From: a candidate division WWE3 bacterium RIFOXYC1_FULL_40_10
GTDB lineage: Bacteria > Patescibacteriota > WWE3 > UBA101185 > UBA10185
Length of the DNA stretch: 64,000 nt
Reading direction: 5' to 3'
Assembly: GCA_001773215.1 (NCBI GenBank)
Contig: MEWB01000001.1
Span: 5,964-69,963, forward strand
Shown: positions 49,222 through 62,125 of the stretch, piece by piece
How the letters are laid out: each line of letters begins with the position of its first letter
Position numbering within the stretch: position 1 is the stretch's first letter
Translations under genes and position numbers: made by a program
Notes under the pieces: generated by a model
The model's database searches: none
Seen by the model: the letters and a program-made list of their open reading frames with translations, nothing else
Told to the model about the DNA's origin: nothing

Positions 49222-50235
49222 ATGGCGTTCACTGGTAAAAAAAACAGAGTTGTTACTATTGGCGGTGGAACAGGGGCTTACGTTGTTCTAAATAGTATAA
49301 AAGAGGTTGATGTTAATCTAACGGCTATAGTCACAATGATGGATTCAGGGGGATCTACGGGAAGGTTACGGGACCAACTTGGGGTTTTACCGCCGGGTGA
49401 TTTGAGACAGGCACTTGTGGCCTTGTCTGACACTCCGGAAATATGGCGAGAACTTTTGACATACCGCTTTAGTGGTGGAGATTTAGACGGTCATAACTTT
49501 GGCAATTTGTTTATTACAGCCCTAGAGAAAATGACGGGCTCTTTAGAGTCGGCTGTGGCCAAAGCAAGCACTTTACTCGATGTAAGAGGTAAAGTTGTAC
49601 CCATAACTTACTCCGATACTACACTTGCGGCAAGATATGCAGATGGATCCGTTATTGAGGGGGAAGCTTCCATAGACGATTCTCCTACAAAACGACCCAG
49701 AATAGAGTACATGTACTTAGTACCAAACGCTGTGGCCAATCCTGCGGCGATTGAGGAAATCATGAAAGCAGATTTCATAATTTTGGGTCCGGGGGATATT
49801 TTTACCAGTATCATCCCGAACTTTTTAGTAAACGGTGTAAGTGAGGCTTTATGCAAAACAAAAGCTAAGAAGATATATATAGTCAACCTGATGACTAAAA
49901 GGGGACAAACCGACGACTTCAGCGCTTCAGATCACGTTTATGAAATCGAGAAATACTACGGTGGTTTTTTGGACTATGTAATAGTAAACACACGTGAACC
50001 TGATCTCGAAATTATTGAGTGGTATAAAAAACTGGATAATGTTGATCCTGTAGAGGATGATCTGGACGCTAAAAGAGTTACCGAAGCTAAAATTGTGAGA
50101 GCAGACTTGATCGGGAAACTAACATTCGAAAGGAATGTTTCCGATCGTGTTAAAAGAAGCCTTATTCGGCATGATCCTCAGAAACTAAGTTCCGTTTTAT
50201 CTCAAGCTTTCTCCTACTACTCTAAACACTCCTAG
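49222..50235 (+). CDS. yvcK: YvcK/GlmR (CofD-like) family protein
   Basis: IGGGTG, DSGGSTGRLR, PPGDLR, GHNFGNL, LGPG, RHD. Confidence 0.93.
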   Translation: MAFTGKKNRVVTIGGGTGAYVVLNSIKEVDVNLTAIVTMMDSGGSTGRLRDQLGVLPPGDLRQALVALSDTPEIWRELLTYRFSGGDLDGHNFGNLFITALEKMTGSLESAVAKASTLLDVRGKVVPITYSDTTLAARYADGSVIEGEASIDDSPTKRPRIEYMYLVPNAVANPAAIEEIMKADFIILGPGDIFTSIIPNFLVNGVSEALCKTKAKKIYIVNLMTKRGQTDDFSASDHVYEIEKYYGGFLDYVIVNTREPDLEIIEWYKKLDNVDPVEDDLDAKRVTEAKIVRADLIGKLTFERNVSDRVKRSLIRHDPQKLSSVLSQAFSYYSKHS

Positions 50236-51105
50236 CAAATAGGTAGTTAATAGCATTAGAAATACAAGTGGCAAGGGGTATTTTTTCATATAGTGCTTCT
50301 TAATAAATAAACCCATTGCCTGGGTGGATAGTTTTTGCATTTTCAAGCGATGTTTCAAAGGTTTTTTCACTATATTTCTAGTGGTATTTCTTATTCCTAC
50401 GGATCCTCCCTTCCAATGAAGGGATTTCCATTGGGGTAGGTACATAATCTTCCAACCGGCCTGTTTTATCCTGTAACAAGTGTCCACGTCTTCTCCATAT
50501 AAGAAAAAGAGCTCGTCAAAACCGCTTATGTTTTCTAAAGTTTCTCTTCGGGTAAACATAAAGTGGGATATGCATAAATCTATTTCGTGAGGTTGCTCCA
50601 TATTACGACCCAACAAAAAATACTGATTGAAGAAGGGGTCGTTGGGGAAGATCCTACCTAACCCGAATAGTCTACAGATAGAGTTCCAGGGTGTTGGAAA
50701 TCCCCTGTGGGCATCCATATCCAGGCTACCGTCTTTTAATACGAGTTTACATGTTGCAGCACCAACTTGCCTGTTCGAGTCTTCTTCGAAGTAATTGAAG
50801 AGCCCTGTTAGGGTGTTTGGCTCTGGAATAGCGTCTAGCCCTAAAAACAATATATATTTCCCCGTCGATTGCTTGTAGGCAATATTATAAGCCCTTGATA
50901 AGCCCTCGTTGTCCCCTTTTATTAATCTTACCCAAGGGTAGTTTTCTGAAATAATCCTAACCGAGTTGTCGGTTGATCCTTGATCTTTCACAATAACCTC
51001 AAGATCTTCAAACTCAGATTCTTTAATTTTTTTTAGATTATCCAAACAATTTTCAATGAATTTCTCTTCATTTGTTCCTACTAATATTATTGATATTTTT
51101 GCCAC
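50197..51105 (-). CDS. Glycosyltransferase family 2 (rhamnosyltransferase-like)
   Basis: DQGSTD, GFDELFFLYGEDVD. Confidence 0.9.
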   Translation of the reverse strand: MAKISIILVGTNEEKFIENCLDNLKKIKESEFEDLEVIVKDQGSTDNSVRIISENYPWVRLIKGDNEGLSRAYNIAYKQSTGKYILFLGLDAIPEPNTLTGLFNYFEEDSNRQVGAATCKLVLKDGSLDMDAHRGFPTPWNSICRLFGLGRIFPNDPFFNQYFLLGRNMEQPHEIDLCISHFMFTRRETLENISGFDELFFLYGEDVDTCYRIKQAGWKIMYLPQWKSLHWKGGSVGIRNTTRNIVKKPLKHRLKMQKLSTQAMGLFIKKHYMKKYPLPLVFLMLLTTYLLGVFRVVGESLR

Positions 51106-51130
51106 CTCCGTATTATACTAAACGGGCAAT

Positions 51131-51763
51131 ATGTTTGACATAAGTTCGCAAGAATTAAAACTACCAAAGGTTCGATTGATAAGCTTCAAAAGATTTATAG
51201 ACGAGCGAGGATTCTTTACCGAACCTTATAGAGAAAGTGATATCAGAAACCTTGGTGAAGGATTTGAAAATTTCAAAGTTGTACAGGTAAATGAAAGTCG
51301 CTCTCCAGGCAACATCATTAGGGGGCTGCATTTCCAATGGAATCCTTACATGGGAAAGCTTGTTAGGCCTTTACAAGGAACTTTATTTGAAGTGCTACTG
51401 GATATAAGAAAAGATTCACCCACATTTGGAAAAACAATAATTGTTAAGATTTCCCGTAACGTGAAAGACGAGTTTGATAATTGGCTATGGTCTCCTCCCG
51501 GAATTGCTCACGGATTTTTCTGTTTGGAAGAAACCGTAATGGAATATTTATGCACCGGAGAGTATACAAAAAAGTTTGAAGCTACAATTAATCCTCTATC
51601 CGAAGACATAGATTGGTCACTGGCGGATCCCGAACTTTATGATATTTACAAAGGGGTACTCGGCAACCAACCTATCCTTTCGGAACGTGACCTTGCTGGT
51701 TATTCCGTAAAAGGTTGGTCGGAAAGTCCTGACTCAGACAATTTTCTTTTTGCTAACTTATGA
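51131..51763 (+). CDS. rmlC: dTDP-4-dehydrorhamnose 3,5-epimerase
   Basis: DERGFF, RGLHFQ, DIRKDSPTFG, AHGF. Confidence 0.92.
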   Translation: MFDISSQELKLPKVRLISFKRFIDERGFFTEPYRESDIRNLGEGFENFKVVQVNESRSPGNIIRGLHFQWNPYMGKLVRPLQGTLFEVLLDIRKDSPTFGKTIIVKISRNVKDEFDNWLWSPPGIAHGFFCLEETVMEYLCTGEYTKKFEATINPLSEDIDWSLADPELYDIYKGVLGNQPILSERDLAGYSVKGWSESPDSDNFLFANL

Positions 51764-52512
51764 AAACGACCATTTCTCAAAATGAGCTATTAGTAATCGG
51801 GGGCGCAGGGTTGCTTGGTACAGAGCTCAAGAAATATTTCCCCCAGGCACATTTTACGGATAAGGAACTGATAGATGTCACCAAACCGGAAACTATAGAT
51901 ACCTTTCTTGATAACAACACTATTAAGACTGTGGTGCATATGGCAGCACTCATGCCTCCTAAAAAAAGTGATGAAGACCCTGCTGCATCCGTGCAAGTCA
52001 ACATAATTGGAGTTGCAAATGTTGCAGTGGCTTGCATGAAAAGAAATATTCGAATGATCTATATCTCAACAGATTATGTTTTCCGTGGGGATGAAGGTGA
52101 CTACAAAGAAGAGGATTCGTTATACGCTCCCAACAAATACGCTTGGTCAAAATTAGGCGGGGAGTGTGTAATGCGAATGTACGGTAATGGGGTAATTGTA
52201 AGGCTATCTTTTGGCCCAATGAAATTTCCTTATCCAAAAGCTTTTAGTGACCAATATACAAGTAAAGAGTCTGTGGGTGTGGTTGCCCAAAAAATTGCCA
52301 AGATCATAGAGTCAGACTTTTTAGGTGTGATTCACATTGGAGGAAAAAGAAGATCGGTTTTTGAGTATGCTAAGTCATTAGAGGGATCCGAGGCTGTTGA
52401 GGCTATGTCAAGGTTGGATGTTAGGGATTATATTGTGCCTAAAGACACTTCTCTCAACTCAACAAAATACGATCAGCTATTTAATTCCGAGAAAGAATAC
52501 GGACTAATATGA
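51760..52512 (+). CDS. rmlD: dTDP-4-dehydrorhamnose reductase
   Basis: GGAGLLG, ISTDYVF, YAWSK. Confidence 0.85.
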   Translation: MKTTISQNELLVIGGAGLLGTELKKYFPQAHFTDKELIDVTKPETIDTFLDNNTIKTVVHMAALMPPKKSDEDPAASVQVNIIGVANVAVACMKRNIRMIYISTDYVFRGDEGDYKEEDSLYAPNKYAWSKLGGECVMRMYGNGVIVRLSFGPMKFPYPKAFSDQYTSKESVGVVAQKIAKIIESDFLGVIHIGGKRRSVFEYAKSLEGSEAVEAMSRLDVRDYIVPKDTSLNSTKYDQLFNSEKEYGLI

Positions 52513-53510
52513 AGAACGTAATTATCACTGGAGCAACAGGTTTCTATGGGCATCATTTGGTTAGGTATTTATTAGCTACCACCGATTGGAATATCATCGC
52601 GATGGGAAGAGAAAATTACGCAGGAAATTTGAATCGTTTATATGAGTTAGAAGAGTTCAGAAATAATAAGGATAGGGTTAGAATAATTTGGCATGATTTG
52701 CGCTCTGCAATTAACGATGTGGTTGGTAGACAAATTACGCGAGGGGAGCATGTTGATTACATTTTTCATACCGCAGCTTCTTCTCATGTCACCAGATCAA
52801 TCCAGGACCCCATGTCGTTTGTTTATGACAATGTTGTGGGCACTGCAAATTTGCTGGAATTTGCCAGAAAGTTAGAAGGATTAACCAGGTTTTTGTATTT
52901 CTCTACCGATGAGGTATTTGGTCCCTCAGCAGGAGATGGTTATAAATTTAAGCCGTGGGATAGATACCGGGCAGGCAACCCCTATTCGGCCACGAAAGCA
53001 GGTGGGGAGGAGCTTTGTGTAGCATATGAAAACACTTTCAAGATCCCTTTGATTATTTCACATTGTATGAATATTTTAGGAGAACGCCAGCACCCGGAAA
53101 AGTACCTCCCAAGGATAATTAAACATATTATGTCTGGTGAAGAGGTTACTGTTCATACCGATTCCGAGAGGAAAAACCCTTGTAAGCGACACTACATCAT
53201 TGCCGATGAGGTTTCTAACGCTCTCACCTTTATGTTGGAAAATGGGAAGGTAGGGGAGAAATATAACATAGAAGGGCAAAAGGAATTGGATAACCTGGAA
53301 CTTGCCAAGTATGTGGCCGGCAAGCTTGGGATGGAGTTAAAATACAAGTTAGTACCGGCTGAGGTAGATAGACCAGGCCACGATTTCGAGTATGCCTTGG
53401 ATAATTCAGCTCTTAGAAGTCTTGGATATACTGAGAAACACAGTTTTAGTGAGAAGCTGGACAAGGCTATCTATTGGTATAGGGATAATCCTTACTGGTT
53501 GGCTTTATAA
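52509..53510 (+). CDS. rmlB: dTDP-glucose 4,6-dehydratase
   Basis: TGATGFYG, SHVTRSI, STDEVFG, PYSATKA, DRPGHD. Confidence 0.88.
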   Translation: MKNVIITGATGFYGHHLVRYLLATTDWNIIAMGRENYAGNLNRLYELEEFRNNKDRVRIIWHDLRSAINDVVGRQITRGEHVDYIFHTAASSHVTRSIQDPMSFVYDNVVGTANLLEFARKLEGLTRFLYFSTDEVFGPSAGDGYKFKPWDRYRAGNPYSATKAGGEELCVAYENTFKIPLIISHCMNILGERQHPEKYLPRIIKHIMSGEEVTVHTDSERKNPCKRHYIIADEVSNALTFMLENGKVGEKYNIEGQKELDNLELAKYVAGKLGMELKYKLVPAEVDRPGHDFEYALDNSALRSLGYTEKHSFSEKLDKAIYWYRDNPYWLAL

Positions 53511-53858
53511 AATTTCAAGTATCCCAAGTAATACTATTAAAAGCACAAAAGCTATAAGTCCTATTATCAAAGTAATTCCAATTTTGTTTCCCATTTTAAC
53601 TTTATTTTCATACCATGGTTGAAATTCCTTTGCATCCACATAGTATTTTCCACTTACTTCTTTAATAAAGGGCATGAGCTGTATGAATTTATTCGGGTCG
53701 CCTGATCGATACCCCGTTTCCATCCAGTCATATCTATCCATCTTGATGGCTTTATCAGGAGATAAGGCAGTTCTGTCTCGGAAGAAAAAGAAGGCTTTGG
53801 TCAGGGGGTTATCTCGAGGATTGCATGGATAGACACTGTAGTTGTTATGGAAGTACAT
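53505..53858 (-). CDS. Hypothetical protein with C-terminal TM helix
   Basis: 117 aa; TATACT ends 6 nt upstream of the ATG. Confidence 0.6.
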   Translation of the reverse strand: MYFHNNYSVYPCNPRDNPLTKAFFFFRDRTALSPDKAIKMDRYDWMETGYRSGDPNKFIQLMPFIKEVSGKYYVDAKEFQPWYENKVKMGNKIGITLIIGLIAFVLLIVLLGILEIL

Positions 53859-54034
53859 GTATATAGTATAACATTACCGCCGAAAATCATTGACACGCAA
53901 TATCTATAATGGTAAAAAGATTCTTGCCTAACAAGGCAATCGGAATGGAGTTCATTCTTCCGCGATATTGTGTCGCCGGAAGCTCTGGATCCTCATATAA
54001 AAATAATATAATATTGGTTGATCGTAAGCTCTGT

Positions 54035-54110
54035 GGGCCGTTAGCTTAGTTGGTAGAGCGCTTCGTTTGCAACGAAGAGGTCAGCGGTTCGAATCCGCTA
54101 CGGTCCACCA
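54035..54110 (+). tRNA. tRNA-Ala(UGC)
   Basis: G3:U70 pair, cttcg-ttTGCaa-cgaag, encoded CCA. Confidence 0.95.
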
Positions 54111-54150
54111 AAAAGATATTTAGTTTGGATGGATAGGCCAGATGGGACAA

Positions 54151-54197
54151 GAATCCGCTACGGCCTGCCTGCCGGCAGGCAGGTCCACCAAAAAGAT
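54151..54197 (+). repeat. Duplicated tRNA-Ala 3' end interrupted by the 20-bp palindrome (copy 2, 54164-54183)
   Basis: gaatccgctacgg[cctgcctgccggcaggcagg]tccaccaaaaagat versus 54091-54117. Confidence 0.92.
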
Positions 54198-54311
54198 TTT
54201 TAAGTTCTTTGAAAACTGAACAGAAGGTCAAAATTAACAACATGAATTTTACCGATTTGATTAAGTATTTATACTCGATCGATCGTTCAAAGAAAGTAAT
54301 TTCTAATTAGT

Positions 54312-57336
<3,025 letters not shown>

Positions 57337-57399
57337 CTACTTTAATTTGTGCTGCTAATGAGATCTTCTGATCAGTTTTCAGAGAATTTGTGTATATTC

Positions 57400-57515
57400 T
57401 CTCGGTGGTGATAGCGGTGGTGACACACCTCTTTCCATTCCGAACAGAGAAGTTAAGGCCACCCGCGCCGAAAATACTTGGTAGAATGCCTGGGAAAATA
57501 GGTCGCCGCCGGGAT
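57400..57515 (+). rRNA. rrf: 5S rRNA
   Basis: ccattccgaac...gaagttaag; terminal helix tctcggtgg/ccgccggga. Confidence 0.93.
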
Positions 57516-57599
57516 AATATACATAAGTTCCGTGTTTTTTGTTCTATTGGCTCCCTTATCACATCTCTAAGCTCGTTTTACTCGCTAAGATCTGTGGTA

Positions 57600-57629
57600 T
57601 AGGCCGCCGCCGGGATAATATACATAAGT
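57600..57629 (+). repeat. Direct repeat of the 5S 3' end and trailer
   Basis: 29/30 identity to 57499-57528. Confidence 0.9.
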
Positions 57630-57648
57630 CTTGTGCTATTATTTACTC

Positions 57649-58611
57649 ATGGCCTTTTCACCCGCCGAAAACCCACCTAGTTTCATAACTTCACTAGCGC
57701 CCGAAACTGGTCGTCCCCGACAAACTTACTTAGAAACTGCAATAAAACACATTAAACCTACTACAGACGTGAGATTAATCGAGGCAGGATTAGCCGCCTA
57801 TTACAACACGCCTGCCGAAAGAGCTTCCATATCAGAGTGGGCGAGTGACTCATCAGCTTTGTTACAACGGGTGGAGGAATATACATGGATAAAGCCGCCG
57901 TCGCGTTATGGGATGGAACTGGTTTTGAAGAAAGTGTTCGAAGAAAAAGAGTACAAGAAGGCTTTGGCTAGATTTACGGAAAAATCGGGATGGGAGGGAG
58001 GGTTTATTGAGCATCCAGAAGCTATTGTTGCGAATGTTAGAGCAGTTCTAGAGTCTCAACGTCAGTTACCTTTTGCTGAAGCTAAAACAATCCGTCATGG
58101 TGACGCAAGAAGGTTGGTTTCAAATACTATTTATAATTCCGATAGCGGAGACCCGATTGATAGGTTTGCGAAGGCAGAGAATCGGCCGATCATTCGCCGC
58201 AATATACAGGCGGTCTTGGGAAGTTTCCCGGAAGATGCACGGACTGAATTATTCTGGGCGCAAGTAATTTGGAGGGTAGAGAATATTATAGACTCTCAAC
58301 GACCAAAGTCACCTGGGGAAGGGAGTCCCGAAAACTTGGCGGAAACAATACTAGCTAATGAAATCGAACTGGCCGGTTTGAAGGGGCTGTATGGGTATGT
58401 TAGAAAGTTTTCATACGGAAAAGATAGCTATGGCGGCGTAACACGCCAGGACGTAATCAACAATCTCAATGGAAAGGGGCTGGGAGACAGAATCCAGTTT
58501 GGATCAGATGCAACAATAATTGTTGATGGCAAATCGTTGAGTCGTTCAGATCCGGTCAGAGAAATAGAAGTGATGAGGGCTTTACTAAATCTCCACAACC
58601 CCGCAAACTAG
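57649..58611 (+). CDS. Hypothetical protein
   Basis: 320-codon ORF, no recognised motif. Confidence 0.65.
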   Translation: MAFSPAENPPSFITSLAPETGRPRQTYLETAIKHIKPTTDVRLIEAGLAAYYNTPAERASISEWASDSSALLQRVEEYTWIKPPSRYGMELVLKKVFEEKEYKKALARFTEKSGWEGGFIEHPEAIVANVRAVLESQRQLPFAEAKTIRHGDARRLVSNTIYNSDSGDPIDRFAKAENRPIIRRNIQAVLGSFPEDARTELFWAQVIWRVENIIDSQRPKSPGEGSPENLAETILANEIELAGLKGLYGYVRKFSYGKDSYGGVTRQDVINNLNGKGLGDRIQFGSDATIIVDGKSLSRSDPVREIEVMRALLNLHNPAN

Positions 58612-58704
58612 TTGAATTTTTCCTTATTATCTGTTATCCTCACTCAGCTTGTAGCCGGTACAACAAAAAAGTATTTATTTACACGGCCAAGATAATTTTA
58701 ATTC

Positions 58705-59811
58705 ATGCCAAAATCAAGAAAAGTTCATAAAGAGTCATCCGCGATGTCTCAGCACTATAAAGATGCTGATATGGGTTTAAAAGACCTACATCCGGGAGAT
58801 TTAATCGAAGGAGTAGTAGTCAGCGTTTCACATGGAGAGGTTTTAGTAGATGTTGGGTCTAAGTCGGAGGGAATAATATCGGGAGCCGAACTAGTAGACG
58901 AAGATAACACTCATAAAAATCTAAAACCGGGTGATACCCTGTTAGCTAAGGTTCTACAAGTAGAAAATGACCAAGGATATATCGTTTTATCATTAAAACG
59001 AGCCGAAAAAGACCGAAAATGGAAAGACGCTCAAGATGCGCTCGACAGCCAGGCCTCGTTGGAAGCTATTGTTATCGAATATAATAAAGGCGGTTTGTTA
59101 GCCGATTGTATTGGGTTAAGGGGATTTATTCCGCTTTCCCACTTGGACCGAGCCCACTTTGCCAACGACATAGCAAGATTTGCTGCAGGTAGTGAGGCAG
59201 AGCTTAAAGAGTCGTTAAAAGTGTTGTCCGGGAAAACCCTCAAGGTAAAAGTCATCGAGTTGGACAAGGAAAAAAACAGATTCGTATTATCCGAAAAAGA
59301 TGCACTTTCTACCTACAGCGACGAAGCTAGAGAATTACGCCTGGATAAGATAAAAGACGGTGACATTTTAGAGGGAATTGTTACGGGTATTATGCCATTT
59401 GGTGTATTTATCGATTTAGACGGCGTAGAAGGCTTGGTACACATCAGCGAAATAGCTTGGGAAAAAGTCAGCCACCCGTCATTATATTTTAAGGTGGGTG
59501 AGTCTGTAAAAGTTTTGGTTTTAGGCGTAGACGAACAATCGAAAAAGCTGGCACTGAGTGTAAAAAGGCTCTCCGACAATCCTTGGGAAACAGTTGAAAC
59601 CAAATATCCTGTTGGATCTAAGGTAAAAGGTGTTGTAAGCAAAATAGTGCCGTTTGGGGCTTTTGTTACATTGGAAAAAGGGTTAGATGGTTTGGTACAC
59701 GTTAGCGAAGCCGCCGGTCCTCTAAAAGAGGGTGAAGAGGTTGAAGCTACCGTAGTGCAAGTTGATGGTTCCAAACAGAAGCTTGCCCTAAGTACAAGAA
59801 ATGAAAATTAG
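58705..59811 (+). CDS. rpsA: 30S ribosomal protein S1 (four S1 domains)
   Basis: VDVGSKSEG, GFIPLS, FGVFID...GLVHISE repeats. Confidence 0.93.
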   Translation: MPKSRKVHKESSAMSQHYKDADMGLKDLHPGDLIEGVVVSVSHGEVLVDVGSKSEGIISGAELVDEDNTHKNLKPGDTLLAKVLQVENDQGYIVLSLKRAEKDRKWKDAQDALDSQASLEAIVIEYNKGGLLADCIGLRGFIPLSHLDRAHFANDIARFAAGSEAELKESLKVLSGKTLKVKVIELDKEKNRFVLSEKDALSTYSDEARELRLDKIKDGDILEGIVTGIMPFGVFIDLDGVEGLVHISEIAWEKVSHPSLYFKVGESVKVLVLGVDEQSKKLALSVKRLSDNPWETVETKYPVGSKVKGVVSKIVPFGAFVTLEKGLDGLVHVSEAAGPLKEGEEVEATVVQVDGSKQKLALSTRNEN

Positions 59812-62089
59812 CCAATTAACAATCCGGGCCAGAAATTTGCTTCACGAGTTTGATGGCAAAATAGAAGTTGAATTAGGAAAACTCCTCATCCAGATAGATA
59901 AATCTAATGGATTGGGGAGTTTTCTTATTCATAATGTTCCTTTAACGATTGGGAAGGGCAAGAAAAAACTCAAAATAAACGATCTCATCGTAGAGGCTTT
60001 CTTTCAGGCATCCAAACTCGAGGCATCTTATGTTGGGACAGAGCACTTACTGCTTGCCGGGTTAAAAATTGTACAAGATAAACAGTACGAGAGAGCTAAA
60101 AATTTTCTCGAAAGAGTAAAGGTGTTTCCGGATTACTTGTCTCAACAAGGAAAGACAGACAAGACCCCATATTTATCCAGCTTTTCAACGGTGTTAACCA
60201 AAAAAACTAATTTGAGTAAAGACAAGTTCCCCTTTGAGCGAGCAGAACTGAACTCATTGATATCGGGGTTAATGCTAAAAACCATACAAGGTGTTCTCTT
60301 GGTAGGTGAGCCGGGAGTGGGAAAAAGGGATCTAATTCAAAAACTTGCATCCAAGATGATTCGACTTGAAGTGCCCATATCGTTGATAGGGCGTGATATT
60401 TTCGAGTTTGATATCATAAGTTTTATGACCAGCCTGGCAAACAGAGGTGGTAATTTTGAGTTTGGCATTTCTCAGTTAAATGATGAATTAAGGACGCTAA
60501 ACAAACCGGTTATTTATATAAAAGATTTTCAAAGTTTGTTTTTTAGTACTTCTATGGGAATGACAGCACCGGTTTTTTACAACATGTTTAAGAGTACGAT
60601 TATTGACTCGGGAGCTTATCTGTTGGCGGATTTACCTATGAGTCTGTATGAAAAGATTTTAACTGAAAACGAGCATGTGCTTGATGATTTTTTTGTGGTT
60701 GAAATTACTGAACCTGATGATGCAAGCAATATAATTGCGCTTAAAAAAGCAGCTGAGGAGCTTTCTAAGGCACATGGGGTAAAGATACCGACGAATATCA
60801 TCGACTATGTATACAAAAAGGCAAAAACATTAAATGTCACACTAAAATTTCCTCAAAAAGGCATTGATTTACTGGATCACTGTTGTACTCGGTTAATTCT
60901 AAAAAGCTCCAGAGTGGCTGCAAAATATAAGAAAACTTTTGATGAGAGCATAGAAAGTAACATTGAGTTAGACAATCTATTAGAAAAAGGATCGTATGAG
61001 AAAGCCCTCTCTGCAAAGAAGAAATTGTACACTCTTGGTTCTAAATTGCTAAAAATCAAGGAGTTTTCTCCAGGCAAATATCCGATTTTAACGATTAAAG
61101 CTGTGGATGAGGCTTTGTTAACTTTTAAGGAGGACAAAAGTGTAACTGACGAGAGTATAGACATGACCAAATTTGCCAGCCTGGCAAAAAAAGTTAAAGA
61201 ACGAATTGTTGGCCAGGAAAATGCGGTAGACCTTGTAACGAAAGCCCTAATTAGGTCAAGATTAGGTTTAAGATCAAAGAAGCGCCCACTTGGAAACTTT
61301 CTTTTTCTAGGTCCCACTGGGGTTGGAAAGACCGAATTAGCTAAAGTACTAGCCGATGAATTTTTCGGAGAGGATTCACTTATTAGATTAGATATGAGTG
61401 ATTTTGGTGAAAAACACACTGTGGCAAGGCTTGTAGGGGCTCCTCCGGGATATGTCGGCTATGGTGAAGGGGGCGAGTTAACCACAAAGATATCCAGTAA
61501 ACCCGATTGCGTGGTTCTATTTGATGAGATCGAAAAGGCTCATCCGGACGTGCTAAATATTCTATTACAGATAATGGAAGAAGGGGAGTTAGCTGATGCC
61601 AAGGGTAATACGTTCGATTTTTCAAAAAGTGTAGTAGTTTTAACCAGTAATGCGGGGACTGAAATATTACATAATAGTGAAATAGGGTTTGAACCTAAAC
61701 TATCCGACTCAATTCAAATAGAGAAAAGTTTGCTCCAAAATTTGAAAAAATTGCTTAAACCTGAGCTAATTAACAGATTCGATGAGATTATAGTATTCAA
61801 TCAGTTGAACACAAAAACGCAGAAGCGAGTACTAGATATACTCATAAAAGAGATCACAGATAATTTGCACGCTAAAAACATAAGTCTACAGGTTAAAAAA
61901 GCCGCGAAGGAATATTTGTTGGAAAAAGGATACTCGAAGGAGTATGGGGCGAGGTCGCTCAGGAGAGTTTTGGAAAGAGAGTTACTAGATAGAATTGCAG
62001 AGTACCTCCTAGATAATGAAAAAAGGCCTCTTTTCATTGAGGTAGAGAAGTCGGGGAAAGGCTTAGGTGTAGTTCCCACAGACCTATAG
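59801..62089 (+). CDS. ClpC/ClpA-like AAA+ chaperone with degenerate first ATPase module
   Basis: Clp N-domain (VGTEHLLL); NBD2 GPTGVGKT and DEIEK; IGF loop; YGARSLRR. Confidence 0.9.
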   Translation: MKISQLTIRARNLLHEFDGKIEVELGKLLIQIDKSNGLGSFLIHNVPLTIGKGKKKLKINDLIVEAFFQASKLEASYVGTEHLLLAGLKIVQDKQYERAKNFLERVKVFPDYLSQQGKTDKTPYLSSFSTVLTKKTNLSKDKFPFERAELNSLISGLMLKTIQGVLLVGEPGVGKRDLIQKLASKMIRLEVPISLIGRDIFEFDIISFMTSLANRGGNFEFGISQLNDELRTLNKPVIYIKDFQSLFFSTSMGMTAPVFYNMFKSTIIDSGAYLLADLPMSLYEKILTENEHVLDDFFVVEITEPDDASNIIALKKAAEELSKAHGVKIPTNIIDYVYKKAKTLNVTLKFPQKGIDLLDHCCTRLILKSSRVAAKYKKTFDESIESNIELDNLLEKGSYEKALSAKKKLYTLGSKLLKIKEFSPGKYPILTIKAVDEALLTFKEDKSVTDESIDMTKFASLAKKVKERIVGQENAVDLVTKALIRSRLGLRSKKRPLGNFLFLGPTGVGKTELAKVLADEFFGEDSLIRLDMSDFGEKHTVARLVGAPPGYVGYGEGGELTTKISSKPDCVVLFDEIEKAHPDVLNILLQIMEEGELADAKGNTFDFSKSVVVLTSNAGTEILHNSEIGFEPKLSDSIQIEKSLLQNLKKLLKPELINRFDEIIVFNQLNTKTQKRVLDILIKEITDNLHAKNISLQVKKAAKEYLLEKGYSKEYGARSLRRVLERELLDRIAEYLLDNEKRPLFIEVEKSGKGLGVVPTDL

Positions 62090-62090
62090 C

Positions 62091-62119
62091 TTGACGAGTA
62101 TGTAATTTCATGTTAAAAT
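62091..62119 (+). promoter_or_regulatory. Strong sigma70-type promoter
   Basis: TTGACG-17-TAAAAT with TG extension. Confidence 0.75.
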
Positions 62120-62125
62120 CCCCGC

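Noticed and set aside
53920-54034. Hairpin-rich segment as a riboswitch
   Set aside because: Lies between the promoter and tRNA-Ala-23S; most simply an rRNA leader, and no aptamer consensus was recognised
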